Part shown: positions 50,698 through 54,653 of the stretch, piece after piece | Layout of the letters: each line of letters opens with the position of its first letter | Position numbering within the stretch: the first letter of the stretch is position 1 | NCBI GenBank assembly: GCA_004555055.1 | Contig: SFJN01000004.1 | Location: forward strand, 1 to 54,653 | Reading direction: 5' to 3' | Origin: Bacteroidales bacterium | GTDB taxonomy: Bacteria; Bacteroidota; Bacteroidia; Bacteroidales; Bacteroidaceae | DNA length: 54,653 nt | Program-made: the position numbers and the translations under genes | The notes under the pieces: generated by a model | What the model was told of the DNA's origin: nothing | Seen by the model: the letters and a program-made list of their open reading frames with translations, nothing else | Database searches by the model: none

Positions 50698-51095
50698 TAG
50701 CCTCCCCAATACGGCTTTTTGTAATTTTTTTGCCCTGTTTTTTTAGGTTTTTGCCGCGAAAACCGATGAATTCGGCTGATGTGAGTGCATTCCGAATTTG
50801 AAAAAAAATGACAACGAGAGATGGCAAAACGCTGAAAAACCGTCCAAAATCCGTTCTAGAAGTGACACGATGCCGTGTCAAAATTTTTGAAGGTTCACAG
50901 GCTCATTTGCAGGTGCTTGAAAGGGCAGGCACAAGTGATTTTGGGAGGAGTGTGCAATTTTTTTTCTTGCGTCTTTTGGGCTTTGCATGAATATTGCAGG
51001 CTATGGTGATGCCGAGGGTTGTGAAAGCTTCCGGCAAAGTCCCTGAAGCACCTTTTCCTGCAATTTGTTGATGCCCTGCGGTACGATGGAAAATG

Positions 51096-52376
51096 TCAGG
51101 CTTTGCCAGTGTTCCATTTCGGCCAGCATGTGCGCATTCGTTCTTCGCTTCGCGCTTCCTGTGGATTCCGGGCCGGATGCCATAGATGGAGGTTCTCCAG
51201 CCCATCGGGCAGGTATTGCTGTGCAACGAAATGGTCGGGATAGTCGTGGGGATAGAGGTACCCGTCGTGGTAGTGCAACTGCTTCATCAGTTCCGTGGGC
51301 GCATTGCGCAGGTGCAGGGGCACGGGCAGATTTCCTGTTTTCGAAACCATGTCGAGGGCAGTGTCAATGGCAAGGTATGCCGAGTTGCTTTTCGGACTTG
51401 TAGCAAGGTACACCGTTGCTTCGGCCAAAGGTATGCGTCCTTCGGGCCACCCGATTTTATTTACCGCATCGAAGGCGGCATTGGCCAGAAGCAGGGCGTT
51501 GGGGTTTGCCAGTCCGATGTCTTCAGCAGCAGAGATGACTAATCGTCGGGCGATGAACTTGGGGTCCTCGCCTCCTGCAATCATCCTGGCAAGCCAATAC
51601 AGTGCGGCGTCGGGGTCGCTGCCACGGATGCTCTTGATGAAAGCCGAGATGATGTCATAATGCATCTCGCCATCCTTGTCGTAGGCCATGGGATTCTGTT
51701 GCAGTCGTTCGGTAACAGTGGCATTGTCGATGACTATCGTCTGGTTTTCGGGGGTGGCGTTGGCGATGAGGTCAAGGATGTTGAGGAGCTTTCGGGCATC
51801 GCCTCCGGCATAGCGCATGATGGCTTCGGTCTCCCTCACTTCCACGTGACGCTCCTTGAGGATGATGTCGTGCCTGATGGCGTGGTCGATCAGGGTTAGG
51901 AGTTCGTCCCTGTCCAAAGGTTTCAGCACGTATACCTGACAGCGTGAGAGGAGAGGACGGATGACTTCGAACGAGGGGTTCTCCGTGGTGGCGCCGATGA
52001 GTGTGACATCACCTGTCTCCACTGCCGCCAGCAGACTGTCCTGCTGCGACTTCGAGAACCGGTGAATTTCGTCGATGAAAAGGATGGGGCTGACAGTATT
52101 GAAGAAACGTTCGGAACGTGCCTGTTCTATTGCTTCGCGCACGTCCTTTACGCCGCTGTTTACGGCCGAAAGGGTATGGAACGGTGTGTCGAGTTGGCGG
52201 GCAATGATTTTTGCGAGCGTTGTCTTTCCCACTCCGGGAGGTCCCCAGAGGATGAAGGAGGATATCCGTCCGCTGTCAATCATGTTGCGGAGTACGGCCC
52301 CTTCGCCTACAAGGTGGCGCTGGCCGATATACTCGTTGAGCGTGGTAGGTCGCAGGCGTTCAGCAAGAGGTTGCAT
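51096..52376 (-). CDS. rarA: Replication-associated recombination protein A (RarA/MgsA)
   Basis: PLAERLRP, GPPGVGKTT, FIDEIHRF, GATTENP, SAFIKSIRGSDPD and VPLHLRNAPT motifs. Confidence 0.96.
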   Translation of the reverse strand: MQPLAERLRPTTLNEYIGQRHLVGEGAVLRNMIDSGRISSFILWGPPGVGKTTLAKIIARQLDTPFHTLSAVNSGVKDVREAIEQARSERFFNTVSPILFIDEIHRFSKSQQDSLLAAVETGDVTLIGATTENPSFEVIRPLLSRCQVYVLKPLDRDELLTLIDHAIRHDIILKERHVEVRETEAIMRYAGGDARKLLNILDLIANATPENQTIVIDNATVTERLQQNPMAYDKDGEMHYDIISAFIKSIRGSDPDAALYWLARMIAGGEDPKFIARRLVISAAEDIGLANPNALLLANAAFDAVNKIGWPEGRIPLAEATVYLATSPKSNSAYLAIDTALDMVSKTGNLPVPLHLRNAPTELMKQLHYHDGYLYPHDYPDHFVAQQYLPDGLENLHLWHPARNPQEARSEERMRTCWPKWNTGKA

Positions 52377-52449
52377 GTATTTTCAATAAAGCGGTGTTGG
52401 ATTCTGACAAAAAATATTCCCTAAAGATTTGCCATGCTTACAGGAGGCT

Positions 52450-54315
52450 TCAGGCCCATTCGCTGAGCTCGAGCCATCGCATCGACTTTTCATCAATCTC
52501 GTTGTTCACTTCGGGGAGGCGGCATGAAAGGGCGGTAATTTCTTCCACGCTGAGTGTGCCAGAGCACAGTTTCGTTTCTATTTCCGCCTTTTCAGTTTCC
52601 AGGTTTTCAATGTCCTTTTCAAGCGCCTCGTATTCCTTCCGTTCGGCATATGTCAGTCGGCGTCGGCGGTCCGAGCCTTCGTGCACGGGTTTCCGCTTGC
52701 TTTCTGACGGGCGAGCCTTCTTCTCTTCGTGTATGGCTTCTTTCTCCTTGATGGCCTGATAGTCGCGGTATTGTGTGTAGTTTCCGGGAAAATCGTCCAC
52801 TATGCCATTGCCGCGGAACACGAGAAGGTGGTCTACCACCTTGTCCATGAAGTAGCGGTCGTGGCTGACGACGATGACACATCCGCGGAAGTCATATAGG
52901 TATTCTTCAAGGATCTGTAAGGTAGCAATGTCGAGGTCGTTGGTCGGTTCGTCGAGGATGAGGAAGTTGGGGTTCTGCATCAATACCAGGCAAAGTTGCA
53001 GCCGTCGTTTTTCGCCTCCCGAAAGCTTGTAGACATAGTCCTGCTGTCGGGTAGGTGGAAAGAGGAAATGGCTGAGGAACTGCATGGCGGTGAGCCGACG
53101 GCCTCCGCCCAGGTCGATGGTTTCCGCTACGCGCCGCACCACGTCAATAACCTTCATCTGGTTGTCGACGGGCATTCCTTCCTGCGAAAAATAGCCGAAC
53201 TTTACGGTTTCGCCGACGACAAAGCGCCCTTCGCTGACGGGCACTTCGCCAAGTAGCATCTTGATGAACGTGGATTTTCCCGTGCCGTTGTTGCCGACGA
53301 TGCCCATCTTTTCGTAGCGGGAGAAATTGTAGTAGAAGTCGCGCAGAATGACGGTTCCGTCCTCAAAGACCTTCGACACATATTGTGCCTCAAAGATTTT
53401 GCTGCCGATATATCCGCTTTTGATGTCAAGCCGTGCCGCCCTTTCCTCGGTGCGGCGCCGTGCCTGCTGTTCGAGCTCATAGAAAGCCTCCTTGCGCGAA
53501 CGGCTCTTGTGGCCGCGTGCCTGTGGCTGCCGTCTCATCCAGTCGAGTTCCTTGCGATAAAGGTTTCGCGCACGGTCAATGTTTGCATTGGTTGCAGCAA
53601 TGCGTTCCTCACGTTTTTCGAGATAATAGGCGTAGTTCCCACGGTAGGTGTACATGGTACGTTCGTCAAGTTCCACGATGGTGGCGCATACACGGTCAAG
53701 GAAATAGCGGTCGTGTGTGACGAGGAGCAGGGCCTTGGTCTGACGTTGCAGATACTGTTCGAGCCATTCTATCATCTCCAGGTCGAGGTGGTTGGTAGGT
53801 TCGTCGAGGATGAGGAGGTCGGGATTGGCAATGAGCACGCTGGCGAGAGCCACACGTTTCCGTTGGCCTCCGGAGAGGAGCCCCACAGGCTTTTGCAGAT
53901 TGGTGATCTTCAGCTTGGTCAGCACCTGTTCTGCGCGCATCTCTATGTCGTTCCACTCCTCATCGGCATCGAGCGCTGCGGTGTGTGCTTCAAGCGACAT
54001 GCCGCATTCGCTGATGAGGAGTGAAGAGTATTCCGATTTCAGTCTTGAAGTGACAGCTTCGATGACTGTTTTCTCCGGGTCGAACTCCGGCTGTTGTTCC
54101 AGCATCCCGATGCGCAGACCTTTCATAAAGACGATATCACCGGAATCAGCGCTGTCCTTTCCGGCAATGATGGAAAGTAGAGTCGACTTTCCTGCACCGT
54201 TGCGTGCTATCAGTCCCACATGCTGTCCTTCGGCTACACTCATCGAAATGTCTTCGAAGAGTACCAGGTCACCGATGCTTTTGGTAAGATGTTGGATATC
54301 AAGATAAGGGGTCAT
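52450..54315 (-). CDS. ABC-F family ATPase (Uup-like)
   Basis: Two ABC domains (NGAGKST/LSGGQ and NGTGKST/LSGGE) and a C-terminal coiled coil (RRLTYAERKEY). Minus-strand TACCTTTG near 54387-54394. Confidence 0.94.
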   Translation of the reverse strand: MTPYLDIQHLTKSIGDLVLFEDISMSVAEGQHVGLIARNGAGKSTLLSIIAGKDSADSGDIVFMKGLRIGMLEQQPEFDPEKTVIEAVTSRLKSEYSSLLISECGMSLEAHTAALDADEEWNDIEMRAEQVLTKLKITNLQKPVGLLSGGQRKRVALASVLIANPDLLILDEPTNHLDLEMIEWLEQYLQRQTKALLLVTHDRYFLDRVCATIVELDERTMYTYRGNYAYYLEKREERIAATNANIDRARNLYRKELDWMRRQPQARGHKSRSRKEAFYELEQQARRRTEERAARLDIKSGYIGSKIFEAQYVSKVFEDGTVILRDFYYNFSRYEKMGIVGNNGTGKSTFIKMLLGEVPVSEGRFVVGETVKFGYFSQEGMPVDNQMKVIDVVRRVAETIDLGGGRRLTAMQFLSHFLFPPTRQQDYVYKLSGGEKRRLQLCLVLMQNPNFLILDEPTNDLDIATLQILEEYLYDFRGCVIVVSHDRYFMDKVVDHLLVFRGNGIVDDFPGNYTQYRDYQAIKEKEAIHEEKKARPSESKRKPVHEGSDRRRRLTYAERKEYEALEKDIENLETEKAEIETKLCSGTLSVEEITALSCRLPEVNNEIDEKSMRWLELSEWA

Positions 54316-54653
54316 TTTGCGGTCAAAGGGTATGATATGACGTGTTTTTGGGGGACAAACTTTTAAAAAAAGCCATAAAGTTGATGCAAAGGTAGAAAAA
54401 AAGGAGGAAAAACTTTAGGTGTTCTTTGAAAATGTCTAAATTTGTCTGCGAAAAAGCACTTTCTTATCCATTGCATTACGGCATAAACATAAAGTTGTGC
54501 GTGCTGTTCGAGCCGCGTTTTTTTATCACTGAAAACGGGTGTTCCGGATTAGGAGCGAAACGACGGTTTTCATGCCATTGTCATACGGCCTTATATCATA
54601 CAAGGGGGACGATACTTGTATGAAGAGGCAATATGACAGTTTTCCCCATACAC

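Overview
Chromosomal window from a Bacteroidales bacterium, probably Prevotellaceae-like. This is inferred from TAnnTTTG -7 promoters, T9SS-type C-terminal tails and gene order. It holds about 33 protein genes. Housekeeping genes include recR, engB, ruvX, def, serS, smpB, rarA, two ABC-F ATPases, a DbpA-like helicase, a cyclophilin and a U32/RlhA-like protein. Also present are an orphan wza-wzc pair, three identical tRNA-Val(TAC) genes, a metH with two disruptions, and several secreted or surface proteins, five of which cluster around a WYL regulator. I found no integrase, transposase, reverse transcriptase or cas gene. The most unusual signal is a 75-79 bp structured unit at the 3' ends of two unrelated genes. 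Each is bracketed by a ~20 bp duplication of the gene end, and its variable 3' arm is complementary to that duplicated sequence, with compensatory changes between the loci. Also notable are a second family of palindromic repeats with 22-bp periodicity, and a small T9SS protein that shares an N-terminal motif with its downstream partner, which lacks a T9SS tail. All calls come from reading the sequence and ORF track; no database searches were run.
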